Of a DNA stretch of 64,000 nt, positions 29,124 through 39,124 are shown piece by piece. Each line of letters opens with the position of its first letter. The stretch's first letter is position 1. The notes beneath the pieces were generated by a model. That model did not search any database and was not told the DNA's origin. It saw only the letters and a list, made by a program, of their open reading frames with translations. The DNA lies in contig JAXLQJ010000035.1 in the NCBI GenBank assembly GCA_046331705.1, positions 1 through 64,000 of the forward strand, in the 5' to 3' direction. The translations under genes and the position numbers were made by a program. This DNA comes from a bacterium. GTDB lineage: Bacteria; JADJOY01.

Positions 29124-29956
29124 TTCACGGCCTGACGGAGTCTCCCGGCACCACGATCGTCGCGAACAGCATCGTCGTCGGGCGCTGCTCCGGCGCCCTC
29201 ACGTCCGAGGGCTACACGCTCGCCGAGGATCCGAGCTGCCTGTCACCTTCAGCGACGGATGTCGTGGGCGTGCCCGCACAGCTCGGCTCGCTCGGCGTTC
29301 ATGGCGGCGTCTTGGAGACGTACCTTCCCGCCGCCGCGAGCCCGGCGATCGACAGCGGTGATCCCGATCACTGCCCAGCATTCGACGCGCGCGGTGCGCC
29401 TCGCCCCCTCGATGGCGACGACGACGGAATCGCGCGTTGTGATCGCGGCGCAGTGGAGGCGAGCTGCGCCGGTCCCGATTCCGACCAGGACACCCTCGCC
29501 GACCCGTGCGACCCCTGCCCGGCAGATTCCGCCAACGACGCCGATCACGACGGGGTGTGCGAGAGCGAGGACGTGTGCCCGGCGGTTCCCGATCCCGACC
29601 AATCCGATCGCGACGGTGACCACTTCGGCGACGCGTGCGATCTCTGCACCGACGCCGACCACGATGGCTACGGCGATCCCGCCAGCCACTCGTGCAGCCA
29701 CGACGAGGTCGACTGCGATGACTCGCGCGCGGCCGTGAACCCCGGCCAGACCGAGGTCTGGCAGAACGGCCTCGACGACGATTGCAACCCGATCACGTCG
29801 GACACGGGCTGCGTTCCCGAGCCGGCCAACGCCGCCACGGGCGGAGCCGCGAGCCGCGCGGGTCCATCGCCCAGCACGATCCTCGGCTGGCTCGTCCTGG
29901 CACTCGGCTTACGCACGCTGCGACGCGCGCGCCACCCCGCGCTCAGATCGCGATGA
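28859..29956 (+). CDS. secreted CSLREA-domain protein with choice-of-anchor Q-like, TSP3-like Ca-binding and DCDD..NPG..E..NGLDDDC motifs and a C-terminal TM anchor
   Basis: VTTTADD..NGTCSLREAIQAAN; SPAIDSG...DARGAPR...CDRGAVE; D-x-D-x-DG..D.CD repeats; TM + RRARH. Confidence 0.75.
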   Translation: MFTAVLLAPAVASAATILVTTTADDVTPNGTCSLREAIQAANGDVAVDHPSWPCWIEGTAGTFYNRGSMRIEASTLGPAVADPPQENLIHGLTESPGTTIVANSIVVGRCSGALTSEGYTLAEDPSCLSPSATDVVGVPAQLGSLGVHGGVLETYLPAAASPAIDSGDPDHCPAFDARGAPRPLDGDDDGIARCDRGAVEASCAGPDSDQDTLADPCDPCPADSANDADHDGVCESEDVCPAVPDPDQSDRDGDHFGDACDLCTDADHDGYGDPASHSCSHDEVDCDDSRAAVNPGQTEVWQNGLDDDCNPITSDTGCVPEPANAATGGAASRAGPSPSTILGWLVLALGLRTLRRARHPALRSR

Positions 29957-31298
29957 CGTGAGGTAGGCGCGTCGCGAGCGGCGCAGCGGCGCGCGCGCGG
30001 AGCGCCGAGAGCCAGGCGCGCGAAACGAGCGGCGGCGGGGACGCGGGACCAGTCGCGAGCCTTGCCATCGCGCTCGCGGCGGCACGGAAGCTCGTGCTCC
30101 AATCCTCGTCGAGACCGGCTGCGGCGTCGACGGTGAAGTGCAGCCGGCCGACGCGGACCTCCAGAGGCGCGCGCTCGGTGGGCTTGGCGATGCCCCGATG
30201 GAGCCACGCGATGCCGTCGGTTCCCGCGACCTCGATGGTGAGATCGTACGGCTCGCGATCGGAGCGGATCGCGAGGTTCGGCGCATGGACCAGCTCGAGG
30301 TGCGAGTAACGGCCCGCGTACGCGTGAGCGAGGGCGAGCACGGCCTGGCCGGGTGCGGTGGCACTCGCTGCATCGAACGCGGCGTATCCCGTGAGGCTCG
30401 CGAGCGGCCCACCGAGGCGCGCGAGCGCCAGGAACCGATCGAACGCGGGGTGCACCGCCCAGCGCTCGCCATCGACAGGCGCGGCAGCGCGAGCCGCGCC
30501 GCGTCCGCCGACGATCGCGCGCAGACGGATCGTGGTGATCTCGCCAAGGACGTTCCGATCGACGAGGTCCGCGAGCGCCACGAACGGCGGGTAGCAGAGC
30601 AGCGGGTCGAAGACGCGGAAGCGGGCCATCGCCGCGGTGTGCGCCCAAACGAGCTCGTCGAGGGCCGCGGCTTCGGGGGCTGCACCGCGATGGAGCGAGA
30701 CCGCGACACCGCGCACCAGGCACGCGGCGATCGCTTCGGCGGGGATCGGCTGCTCGCCACCGAGTTCCACGGCATTGACACGCTCCAGGAAGCGCAACCA
30801 GGCGGTGCCGGTCGGGCGCTCGCAGCGCTCGACGTGCCCGGCACCGGCTTCGCGATACGCCCATTCGAGATCGTCGACGTCGGCGCTCGCACCCACGAGG
30901 CCCACACGCAACGCGCCCAGCCCCCGCGCCGGCTTCGTGCGCGGCGGCAGCCCCAAGTCGCTCGGCAACAAGGTGCGCGGCAGCACGTGGTGGCGCAGCG
31001 CGCCGCGCACCGTCGAGATCACCTGCGTGTCGCGAGCGCCGAGCAGGATCTTGCGGAGCGCCTGGCGAGCGACGGGATCGCTCGCCACCAGCTCACGAAG
31101 CTCACCCACTCCGCCGAGCGCCGGATGATGGCGATCGATGCGGCGCAAGATGCGCTCGATGAGCCCGAGCCGGCGCAGCAAGGCGTTCGTGTCGAGAGCG
31201 ACCAGCGCGCGGCCGTGGGCGAGAGCTCGACGCGCGAGCCAGGTGAGGGCTCCGTCGATCACTCGATCCAGCACGCGGGGATCCGTGAGCGCGCTCAT
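29943..31298 (-). CDS. divergent Gfo/Idh/MocA-like protein with an N-terminal helical extension
   Basis: LRVGLVGA, YPPF...LGEITTIRLR, IEVAGTDG and C-terminal DWSTSF align by eye with the upstream paralog. Confidence 0.6.
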   Translation of the reverse strand: MSALTDPRVLDRVIDGALTWLARRALAHGRALVALDTNALLRRLGLIERILRRIDRHHPALGGVGELRELVASDPVARQALRKILLGARDTQVISTVRGALRHHVLPRTLLPSDLGLPPRTKPARGLGALRVGLVGASADVDDLEWAYREAGAGHVERCERPTGTAWLRFLERVNAVELGGEQPIPAEAIAACLVRGVAVSLHRGAAPEAAALDELVWAHTAAMARFRVFDPLLCYPPFVALADLVDRNVLGEITTIRLRAIVGGRGAARAAAPVDGERWAVHPAFDRFLALARLGGPLASLTGYAAFDAASATAPGQAVLALAHAYAGRYSHLELVHAPNLAIRSDREPYDLTIEVAGTDGIAWLHRGIAKPTERAPLEVRVGRLHFTVDAAAGLDEDWSTSFRAAASAMARLATGPASPPPLVSRAWLSALRARAAAPLATRLPHVIAI

Positions 31299-32434
31299 GG
31301 ATGCGCTCCGCGCGCCGCCCCCGCGTGCGCGGCCGAACCGTCGCTCACCACCAGCTCGGCCGCCACCGCCTCGTCGGTCACGTCCTCGGGGCGAACCTCG
31401 GCGCCGCGCTTCGCGGCCAGGATCAGTGCGAACGCGAAGCGCAGCACTTCGAGCGCGCGCTCGCCGGTGAGCGCCGAGTCACGCCCTTCACGGATGGCGC
31501 GCGGGAAGTCGCGGATGCCGGCGGTGAAGCTCGCCTGCCAGTCGGTGTCGAGGTCGTCGAAGACCGTGCGGCGACCGTCGCGCACCAGCACCAGCGGCGG
31601 ATCGTCGACGATCCGGCCGGTGCAGCAGGAGAGCAGGAGCTGGCCGCGCGTGCCGGTGATCTCGACTCGCTCGTCGGCGGGGAAGTACTTGGAGCGCGTG
31701 TGCAGATTGGGCGTGAACGCGATGTCGAAGACGCCGATCGTGGGCCGGTCGCGGTAGCGCCACACGAGCTGTGCGGGCTCGTCGGCGTAATGAAAGGTGC
31801 GATCGATGTAGCCCTTCACCGCGCCGATCGCCCCGAGAAAGTGAATCGCCAGCGAGAGCTTGTGGTAGCCGTCGTCGAAGACCGCCTGCCCCATGCCCTT
31901 GTCGCTCTCGATCAGATGCCAGAGCTCGGCCTCGAGCGGAACGACCCGCGAGCCGAAGAGCCCGGTGCCGAGCTTGAAACGAATCGTGAGCACCTCGCCG
32001 ATCTCACCGGCGTCGAGCAGCTCCTTCGCTCTCACGTAGGCCGGGTAGAAGACGAAGTTCTCGAGGATCCGAAGGCGCGCGGTGCTGGCGCGCGCCGCGG
32101 CGAGCATCGCTTCCGCGTCGGCGATGGTGACCGTCATCGGCTTCTGACACGAGACGTGCTTCCCGGCCGCCAGCGCCTCCACCACGATCGGCCGGTGCAG
32201 ATGATGCGGAGTGTTCACCTCCACGAGGTCGATCGACGGGTCCCGAAGCAGCTCGCGGAAATCGGTGGTGGTGCGTCGCACCTGCCACTCCGCCGCGCGG
32301 CGACGCAGCAACGCCTCGCTCTTGTCGCAGAGCGCCACCAGCTCCGCGTCCGCGCAATCCCGATACGCCGGCGCGTGGAGCATCGTGATGTCGCCCACTC
32401 CGATCATCGCCACCGAGAGCTTCGACGCGCTCAC
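31295..32434 (-). CDS. Gfo/Idh/MocA family oxidoreductase
   Basis: VAMIGVGDI, VNTPHHLH, GKHVSCQKPM, FDDGYHK, EITGTRG. Confidence 0.9.
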   Translation of the reverse strand: MSASKLSVAMIGVGDITMLHAPAYRDCADAELVALCDKSEALLRRRAAEWQVRRTTTDFRELLRDPSIDLVEVNTPHHLHRPIVVEALAAGKHVSCQKPMTVTIADAEAMLAAARASTARLRILENFVFYPAYVRAKELLDAGEIGEVLTIRFKLGTGLFGSRVVPLEAELWHLIESDKGMGQAVFDDGYHKLSLAIHFLGAIGAVKGYIDRTFHYADEPAQLVWRYRDRPTIGVFDIAFTPNLHTRSKYFPADERVEITGTRGQLLLSCCTGRIVDDPPLVLVRDGRRTVFDDLDTDWQASFTAGIRDFPRAIREGRDSALTGERALEVLRFAFALILAAKRGAEVRPEDVTDEAVAAELVVSDGSAAHAGAARGAHP

Positions 32435-32574
32435 GCGCACCTCCCGCGCCGACTCGGCGCTCGACGCATGACGTAATCCCAATCGCGACGGGCTCCAATC
32501 CACGCCGACGAGAACGCGTTTCCCGAGCGAGCACGCGGCAGACGTGCTCTTCGGCAACGAGGTAAGGTCCGCGC

Positions 32575-34293
32575 GTGATCGCTCGAACCGAGGCCGTGCC
32601 GCGCGCGGGACGCGCTGCCGTCGTGGGTGCGGTGATGCTCGTCAGCCTGCTGGCGATCCCGCCACGACTCGCCGCCATCCGTGAAGCCGGTCCGTTCGTG
32701 TGGGACGACGGCATCCATTTGCTGGAAGGCCGCTGGCTCGAGACCGGCGCCGTGGCGTTGGCCAAGAGCATCGAACGGTTCCGCACCGAGCGCCGCACCG
32801 GCGAGGACGTGTGGCGCCTCGATCCCGAGCTCGCGTTTCTCGCCAACGAAACCCAGGGCATCCCGCTCTACTTTCCGCGTCCCGCATACGCGGTGGCGGT
32901 GGCGGCGGCGCTTCACGCGACGGGCGGTGCCGACTGGTCGGGTGCGCTGGTCTCCGCCATCGCCGGCGTGCTCACGGTGACGCTCGTCACCGCGCTGGGA
33001 GTCCGCGCTTGGGGCGTGAGGTCGGGTGCGCTCGCGGGCGTGGCGCTGGCGCTCTCGGGCTGGCACGTCGCATACAGCCGCATGGCGTTCGCCGAATCGC
33101 TGAGCGTGCTGGTCGCGACCGCAGCGGTGGCGTGCGTGATCCGGCCAGAGGGCCCGCTTCGCGCCCGGCGCTTGGTGTGTGCGGGGGTGCTCTGGGGGCT
33201 CGGTTGCCTCGCGCAAGATCGGCTGCTGCCGATCACGTTGCTGCCGGTGATCCTCGCGTACACGCGAGCGGCTCCCGTGCGGGGCCAGCGCGCGGCGACG
33301 GCGGCTCGCGTGCTGGTCGCGATCGGTGCGCCGATCGTGGCGTTGCAGGCGCTCGCCGAGCTGCCGTACTACGGCGCGATGCTGGCGCTCGCGCACTTCC
33401 AGCGCGCGCTGCCGTTCCCGACGCACGTCGAGCGTTTGCTGCGCCACTACGCGCAAGGTGCGGCGATCTCGGGGGTCCGCCCCGAGAACCTCCCGACGTA
33501 TCCGTTCCTCTACGCGCGCATGCTCGGCCCCGGGCTGGCGCTGGCACTGGTGGCGGGCGTGGTCGCGGCGCTGCGCACGCGCGATCGGACGTTGCGACGG
33601 CTCGTGCTGTGGCTCGTGCTGCCGATCGCACCCGCGAGCCTGACGGCGGCGGGCGCGCGCTATGCCGCCGTGACACTGCCCGCCGCGGCGCTGCTCGGCG
33701 GCTGGGCGCTCGATCCCGAGAACTGGCCGCGCGCGGTTCGCGAGCGCCTCGGGCGCACGGGCGGATGGGCGCTGGTGGGCGTGCTCGTCGCGAGCTCGAT
33801 CCCGTTCGCCGTGGCGCCCATCCGGTGGACGTCGGGTCATCGCGAAGCCATGAGCGTGGTCCGCGACGCTGGCTTGCGCTGTGTGGTGAGCACCGATCCC
33901 TACGTGGATGCGGTCTACCTCGACTACGACGCCGCGCGCGTGCGCTTTCCGCCGAGATCCAGCGCGGATCTGCGCGCCGCGTGGGAGTCGGGCTGCGGCA
34001 TGTACGCCGTCGACGCCATCGGCGCAGTGCTGCGCCAGAAGGATCGCGGCATCGAGGACGTGCTCGCGTCGTTCGAGAGCACCGTCGGCAACCCGATCGC
34101 GCTGCCGAACCCGGGCGCCGAATCGATCCTGTTCCCGTTCGAGTACAACTTCTCGTTCCCGACGACGCTTCGCTATCTGGCGAGTCCCGAGCGCGATCGC
34201 GCGGGTGCGATCTGGCTCTACCCGATCGGTGCCCTGGCGCGGCCGGAAGGGGATCCGAGCGCGCCGAGCCCAGCCGTGCCGCCGTCTCCATGA
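32575..34293 (+). CDS. GT-C fold (GT39/PMT-like) glycosyltransferase, paralog 1
   Basis: Multi-TM; PFVWDDGIHLLE, HVAYSRMAFAES, AELPYY. Confidence 0.7.
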   Translation: MIARTEAVPRAGRAAVVGAVMLVSLLAIPPRLAAIREAGPFVWDDGIHLLEGRWLETGAVALAKSIERFRTERRTGEDVWRLDPELAFLANETQGIPLYFPRPAYAVAVAAALHATGGADWSGALVSAIAGVLTVTLVTALGVRAWGVRSGALAGVALALSGWHVAYSRMAFAESLSVLVATAAVACVIRPEGPLRARRLVCAGVLWGLGCLAQDRLLPITLLPVILAYTRAAPVRGQRAATAARVLVAIGAPIVALQALAELPYYGAMLALAHFQRALPFPTHVERLLRHYAQGAAISGVRPENLPTYPFLYARMLGPGLALALVAGVVAALRTRDRTLRRLVLWLVLPIAPASLTAAGARYAAVTLPAAALLGGWALDPENWPRAVRERLGRTGGWALVGVLVASSIPFAVAPIRWTSGHREAMSVVRDAGLRCVVSTDPYVDAVYLDYDAARVRFPPRSSADLRAAWESGCGMYAVDAIGAVLRQKDRGIEDVLASFESTVGNPIALPNPGAESILFPFEYNFSFPTTLRYLASPERDRAGAIWLYPIGALARPEGDPSAPSPAVPPSP

Positions 34294-36092
34294 GCACCCA
34301 CGATCTCGATCGGTCTGGCCACGAGCGATGGTGGATCGGCGCAGCGCTCGTCGCCGCCTGCGTCCTCGGCACGATCACGCGCGTGGAGGGTGTGCTCGGC
34401 AACCCGAGCCCACTTTTCCTCTGGGACGACGCAGTCATCCATCTCGAGGTCCAATACCTCGACTCGATCGGATCGGCGACCGCGAGGGCGCGCGAAGCGC
34501 GTGCCGAGGAGCGGCGCTCGGGCCGCGACGTGTTCCGCGTGGAGGACTCGGTCGCCGAGTTCCGGCGCGAGGCCCGCGGCGCACAGCCCACGTTCGGCAG
34601 GCCGCTCCACGACCTCGCGGCGCTCGCCGCGTTCGAATCGATCGAGCGAGCGGGACTCCCCGACCGCAGCCTGTGGGCGGTGCCGCTCGTCTCCGCGCTC
34701 GCCGGGGCACTCGCGATTCCGCTCGCGTTCCTCCTCGCGCGGCGGCTCTGGGGCTCGACGACAGGGGCGCGCGCCGCGGCGATCCTCGCGGCGAGCGGCG
34801 GGCACCTCCTCTACTCGATCGAGGGCTTCAGCGAAGCGCTGCTGGTCTTCTTCCTGTACTTGGCGCTGCTCGTCGACGCCCACAGCCGAGCGGCGCTGCG
34901 CCAGCGACCCGACCGCCCGCTCCGTGGCTCGCTCAGCCTCGGGCTCGTGCTGGGCGCCGGGATGCTGGTCCACTTCCGGTTCGCGATCCTGGCCCTGGTG
35001 TTCCTGGTCGCCGAGGCGCTGCGGATCCGCCGCACGGTCATCGCGAAGCCCGATGCGCTGGCGCGACTCTTCTGGATGGGTGTCGGCATCGCGGGGATGA
35101 TGGCGATCGCCGAGCTGCCGTACTACGTGCTGCTCATGGCCGCGAAGCAGCGCGGCATCGCCGTTCATCCCAAGACGTATCTGGAGCAGGTGCTGTTCGT
35201 GCTGGCGCCCGAAGGTTTGGGATACGCCGGCAGTCTGGTGCGCTTCCGCCTCGACAACCTGCTCACGTATCCGTTCGCGCTCGTGTATCTCTGCGGCGCG
35301 GTCGTGGGTGTGTTGGCGGTCGTCACGCTGGTGCTCGACCGTCGCTCGCGACCGGCGCAGGACGAGACCCGAGGCGCCGGCTTGCTGATCGCGGTGTTCG
35401 TTGCGCCGATCCTCTTTTACTCGGTCACGATCCCGCTCTTGCGCTACGGCGCCACGAGCTTCGCGCTGGCCCCGCTCCTCGCCGCGCGAGCGATCGGTCT
35501 CGTCGAGGATCGCTTGCAGAACGCGAGGCGCGCACGCCTCGCACGCTGGGTTGGGCCGCTGCTGATGGGCGTCGCGCTGTTCGAGGGCGGAATCGTTCCG
35601 CTCCATCGAATCTCGCCCGACAACGGCTACCTCGCCTCGGTCGCACACGCGCACCCGCCAGGGTTGCAGGGCAGCGCCGTGCCACCGCACTTCACGACGA
35701 CGCCCCCCATCTCGTGGGCGATTGCCGGAACGGATTCGACCCGAGCGATTCCCAGGCTGGAATCGGCGTCCGCGGCGGACGGGGCGGTTGCGGATTGCTT
35801 CGTGCCGTACGTGTTGGTCGACTCGCTCGTCGACTTCATGAACATCGAGGGGCAAGGGTTTCCCGCCGAAGAACGCTTCCTGCGGGGCGTCGAACGGACA
35901 CACGTGCCCCGCGCCACGATACCGAACCGTTTCGGCGCGAGCCTCGTCCACGACCTCGAGCTCAATTACCGCCCGTTCTTCGAGACCCTCGCGCTTCATC
36001 GCAGCAGAGAAGCGCGGCGCGCTGATCGGATCCGGTTCTACGTGCTTCCGAGCGACGCCGACACCGGGGGCGAACGAGGGGCGCGACCGTGA
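34290..36092 (+). CDS. GT-C fold glycosyltransferase, paralog 2
   Basis: ATGA overlap with the upstream stop; LFLWDDAVIHLE, HLLYSIEGFSE, AELPYY. Confidence 0.7.
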   Translation: MSTHDLDRSGHERWWIGAALVAACVLGTITRVEGVLGNPSPLFLWDDAVIHLEVQYLDSIGSATARAREARAEERRSGRDVFRVEDSVAEFRREARGAQPTFGRPLHDLAALAAFESIERAGLPDRSLWAVPLVSALAGALAIPLAFLLARRLWGSTTGARAAAILAASGGHLLYSIEGFSEALLVFFLYLALLVDAHSRAALRQRPDRPLRGSLSLGLVLGAGMLVHFRFAILALVFLVAEALRIRRTVIAKPDALARLFWMGVGIAGMMAIAELPYYVLLMAAKQRGIAVHPKTYLEQVLFVLAPEGLGYAGSLVRFRLDNLLTYPFALVYLCGAVVGVLAVVTLVLDRRSRPAQDETRGAGLLIAVFVAPILFYSVTIPLLRYGATSFALAPLLAARAIGLVEDRLQNARRARLARWVGPLLMGVALFEGGIVPLHRISPDNGYLASVAHAHPPGLQGSAVPPHFTTTPPISWAIAGTDSTRAIPRLESASAADGAVADCFVPYVLVDSLVDFMNIEGQGFPAEERFLRGVERTHVPRATIPNRFGASLVHDLELNYRPFFETLALHRSREARRADRIRFYVLPSDADTGGERGARP

Positions 36093-37894
36093 CCGCGCCC
36101 GTGCGAACGCGCCTCGCGACCGCCATCGCGCTGCTCGCGATCGTGGCGCTGGGCGGCTGGCTGCGCTTCGACCGCATTCGCGAGACGTCGCCCTTTCTGT
36201 GGGACGACGCGATCCATCATCTGGAGGCGGTGTGGCTCCGCGACACGCTCCACTTCGCGCGCACCAGCATCGATCGCAAGCTCGCCGAGGCCCGGGGTGG
36301 CGGCGATCTCTGGACGTGGGAGGGCGAGCGCAAGCGCTTCGCTGCCGAGGTCGGCGGCCTCGCGCCGCGATTCGGGCGACCCGGCCACATGGTGCTGGTG
36401 ACGGCGGCCATGGCGGTGGTCGGCCCGGTCCCGTGGGCGGGTCCGCTGGTCTCGGCGATCGCGGGCACGCTCTCCATCGCCGTGCTCTTCGGGCTGGTTC
36501 GAGCAGCACGACGCGACGCTCGTGACGCCGACGCGATCGCGCTCGTCGCCGCCGCGTGGCTCGCTCTCGATCCGCTCTCGGTGCGGCTCTCGCGCGAAGG
36601 GCTGGCCGACGCCGACGGAATGCTCGCCGCGCTGGTCGCCTTCGCAGCCTACGTGCGCGCCCGCCGTCCCGGGGCGAGCGGCGGCTGGTGTTGGGCTGCC
36701 GGATTCCTCGCCGGGCTCGCGTTCACGGTCCAAACCCGGAACTTCTTGGTGGTCGCGGCGCTCGTTGCGTGGGAGCTGGCACCGGGCGCGTTGGCCGCGG
36801 GCAGGCGACTCACGGAACGAGCGCGGCGCGCGGCCGCGATCGCGACCTTCGCGGCGCTGCCGCTGGTGCTCGCGGAGGCGCCCTATTACCTCGCGTTCCT
36901 GGTGGGGCGATCCCACGGAATCGCGCCGGCGCTACGCGGCTACGCGCTCCAGGTGGTGGGGATCTTCGCCAATCACCACTACGCGAAGGCCCACTACGTC
37001 CACGCTTCGGCGCTCGCCAACCTCGCGAGCTACCCGTCGCTCTTCCACGCGCTCGCGGGCACCTGGCTGCCGCAGCTCGTGGTGGCAGTCGGGCTCGCCC
37101 AGGCGCTGACCAGGGCGGTTCGCGGGAGCCCCCGCGAAGCGCGCGCATCGGCGCAGCTCGCGTGCTCGTGGCTGCTGGGCTCGTTCGCGTTCCTGAGCGT
37201 GAGCGCCCCGCTGGCTCGCTACGCGTCGTTCTTCGTGCCCGCGATGAGCTGGCTCGCGGCGGAGGGCACGGTCGCCGCATGGTGCCTGGCGCGCGCGCGA
37301 GACGCCGCGGAGGGTGATCGGCGTCATGGACACACCCCGGGCGCGCGACTATCGTTTCGCGTTCTCGCGGGCGTCTGGCTCGCGGCAGCCGCCCTCGCTG
37401 CTGGCGTGCTCGGACGTGCGTCGCTCCGCGAGGCGGAGATCGCCGCACCCGGCTATCGAGACGCGGTGAACTGGATGCGCGACCACGGCACGGCCCGCCA
37501 CGTGAGCACGAGCCCGTTCGTGAGCCAGGTGTGGGCCGGAGTGGGCGAGGCCGAGCTCGTGCCCAGCGGCGCGGACGAGCTGGCTGCGCTGGTGGCATCC
37601 GGGCATCGCTTCTTGCTCGTGGACCTGATTCGCAACTTCTTCCTCGGGCCGTTCGCGCCGAGAGGCGCGCTCGTCGGCGAGATCGCGCGCCGCTGCGCGC
37701 CCGCGGCCACGTTTCCGAACGACTGGGCGAAGCGCTCCGAGTACCTCTTCGAGTTCAACTACGACGTGCGCGAGACGTGGCGGCGCATCGCTGCGGCGCC
37801 CGGCGATCGCACCGGAGTCATCGACGTCTTCGACCTCGCCGCGTGCACGGCCACCGCACCGGACACGCAAGCCCCTCGGTCATCGGAGCCCTGA
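36089..37894 (+). CDS. GT-C fold glycosyltransferase, paralog 3
   Basis: GTGA overlap; PFLWDDAIHHLE, LSREGLAD, AEAPYY. Confidence 0.7.
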   Translation: MTAPVRTRLATAIALLAIVALGGWLRFDRIRETSPFLWDDAIHHLEAVWLRDTLHFARTSIDRKLAEARGGGDLWTWEGERKRFAAEVGGLAPRFGRPGHMVLVTAAMAVVGPVPWAGPLVSAIAGTLSIAVLFGLVRAARRDARDADAIALVAAAWLALDPLSVRLSREGLADADGMLAALVAFAAYVRARRPGASGGWCWAAGFLAGLAFTVQTRNFLVVAALVAWELAPGALAAGRRLTERARRAAAIATFAALPLVLAEAPYYLAFLVGRSHGIAPALRGYALQVVGIFANHHYAKAHYVHASALANLASYPSLFHALAGTWLPQLVVAVGLAQALTRAVRGSPREARASAQLACSWLLGSFAFLSVSAPLARYASFFVPAMSWLAAEGTVAAWCLARARDAAEGDRRHGHTPGARLSFRVLAGVWLAAAALAAGVLGRASLREAEIAAPGYRDAVNWMRDHGTARHVSTSPFVSQVWAGVGEAELVPSGADELAALVASGHRFLLVDLIRNFFLGPFAPRGALVGEIARRCAPAATFPNDWAKRSEYLFEFNYDVRETWRRIAAAPGDRTGVIDVFDLAACTATAPDTQAPRSSEP

Positions 37895-38662
37895 ATGTCT
37901 CAGCCGACGCCCCCCGCCGTTCGCGATCCCAACACACCGCACGAGCTCGAGCTCTCGGTGGTCATGCCGGCCTACAACGAAGAGGCGAACGTCGCGGACA
38001 CGGTGCGGCGTTGCGCGGCGGCCCTGGCGGGCACGCCGGGCGGCTTCGAGGTGATCGTGGTCGACGATGGCTCGAAGGACCGCACCCGCGAGGTTCTCGA
38101 TGGCATCGCCAGCGAGGTCCCCGAGCTGCGCGTGCTCGCTCAGGACCGCAACCGCGGATACGGCGCGGCGATCCGCCGCGGGATCTCGGAGTCGCGCGGG
38201 CGGCTGCTCGCGACCATCGACTCCGACGGCCAATTCGATCCCGCCGACATCCCGCGCATGCGCACCCGCATGGCCGACGGCATCCACTGCGTCGCGGGCT
38301 ATCGGACCGCCAAGAAGGACACCCTGCCCCGGGTGGTGGCGAACTGGGGCTACAACCTGCTCACCAAGGCCTTGGTCGGCATCGACTTCCGCGATTCGCA
38401 ATGCGCCCTCAAGGTCTTCGACGGTGACTTGATCCGCAGCATCCGCACCGAAGCCGTCGGATTCACGTTCCCGAGCGAGATCCTGGTGAAGCTCGTGAAC
38501 ATGGGCTATCGCGTCACGGAGGAGCCGGTGAGCCACGCTCACCGCGCCGCCGGGCAGTCGAACATCCGCTTCTTCCGCACCACGCGCATCATGTTCATCT
38601 TCCTGCTCTACATGCGCTTCAAGGTGTTCTTGTATCGCGGCCACCTCATCGAAGCGCCGTGA
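37895..38662 (+). CDS. GT2 polyprenol-phosphate glycosyltransferase (Dpm1/ArnC-like)
   Basis: SVVMPAYNEE, VVDDGSKD, NRGYGAA, IDSDGQF, DSQCALK. Confidence 0.9.
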   Translation: MSQPTPPAVRDPNTPHELELSVVMPAYNEEANVADTVRRCAAALAGTPGGFEVIVVDDGSKDRTREVLDGIASEVPELRVLAQDRNRGYGAAIRRGISESRGRLLATIDSDGQFDPADIPRMRTRMADGIHCVAGYRTAKKDTLPRVVANWGYNLLTKALVGIDFRDSQCALKVFDGDLIRSIRTEAVGFTFPSEILVKLVNMGYRVTEEPVSHAHRAAGQSNIRFFRTTRIMFIFLLYMRFKVFLYRGHLIEAP

Positions 38663-38692
38663 CCCCAGCGCCGCGGGCCGATCCCAGGCGCC

Positions 38693-39124
38693 TCACGGAA
38701 GCTCGACGATCTTCCAGTAGGCCTCGAGCAGGCTGACGAGCCGAATGAAGTCGTCGCCCACCGTCTCCTTGAGGATGTAGCCCGCGATGTTGTTGCGATA
38801 CGCGGCGGTGATGTCCTCGTCGTGCTTCGACGTCGTGAGCACGAACACCACCGAGTCCCTGAGCTTGGGGTCACCGCGCACGACGTCGAGGAATTCGAGG
38901 CCGTTCATCCGCGGCATGCGAATGTCCAGCAAAATGAGATAGGGGCGCGGAAGCGCCTCTCGCCCGTTTTCCCCGCGCAAGAGCTCCAGCGCATCGATTC
39001 CATCGCGGGCCACCGCGAGGGGATTGAGGATGCGCATCGATCGAAACGCGCGCTGAATGGCCACGACATCGACCTCGTCGTCCTCGACGAGCAAGAGCTG
39101 AACGGGACTTGCGCTGCGACTCAT
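38693..39124 (-). CDS. single-domain response regulator (Rcp1/CheY-like)
   Basis: LLVEDDEVD, ILLDIRMPRMNG, VLTTS, YILK, YWKIVELP. Confidence 0.92.
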   Translation of the reverse strand: MSRSASPVQLLLVEDDEVDVVAIQRAFRSMRILNPLAVARDGIDALELLRGENGREALPRPYLILLDIRMPRMNGLEFLDVVRGDPKLRDSVVFVLTTSKHDEDITAAYRNNIAGYILKETVGDDFIRLVSLLEAYWKIVELP

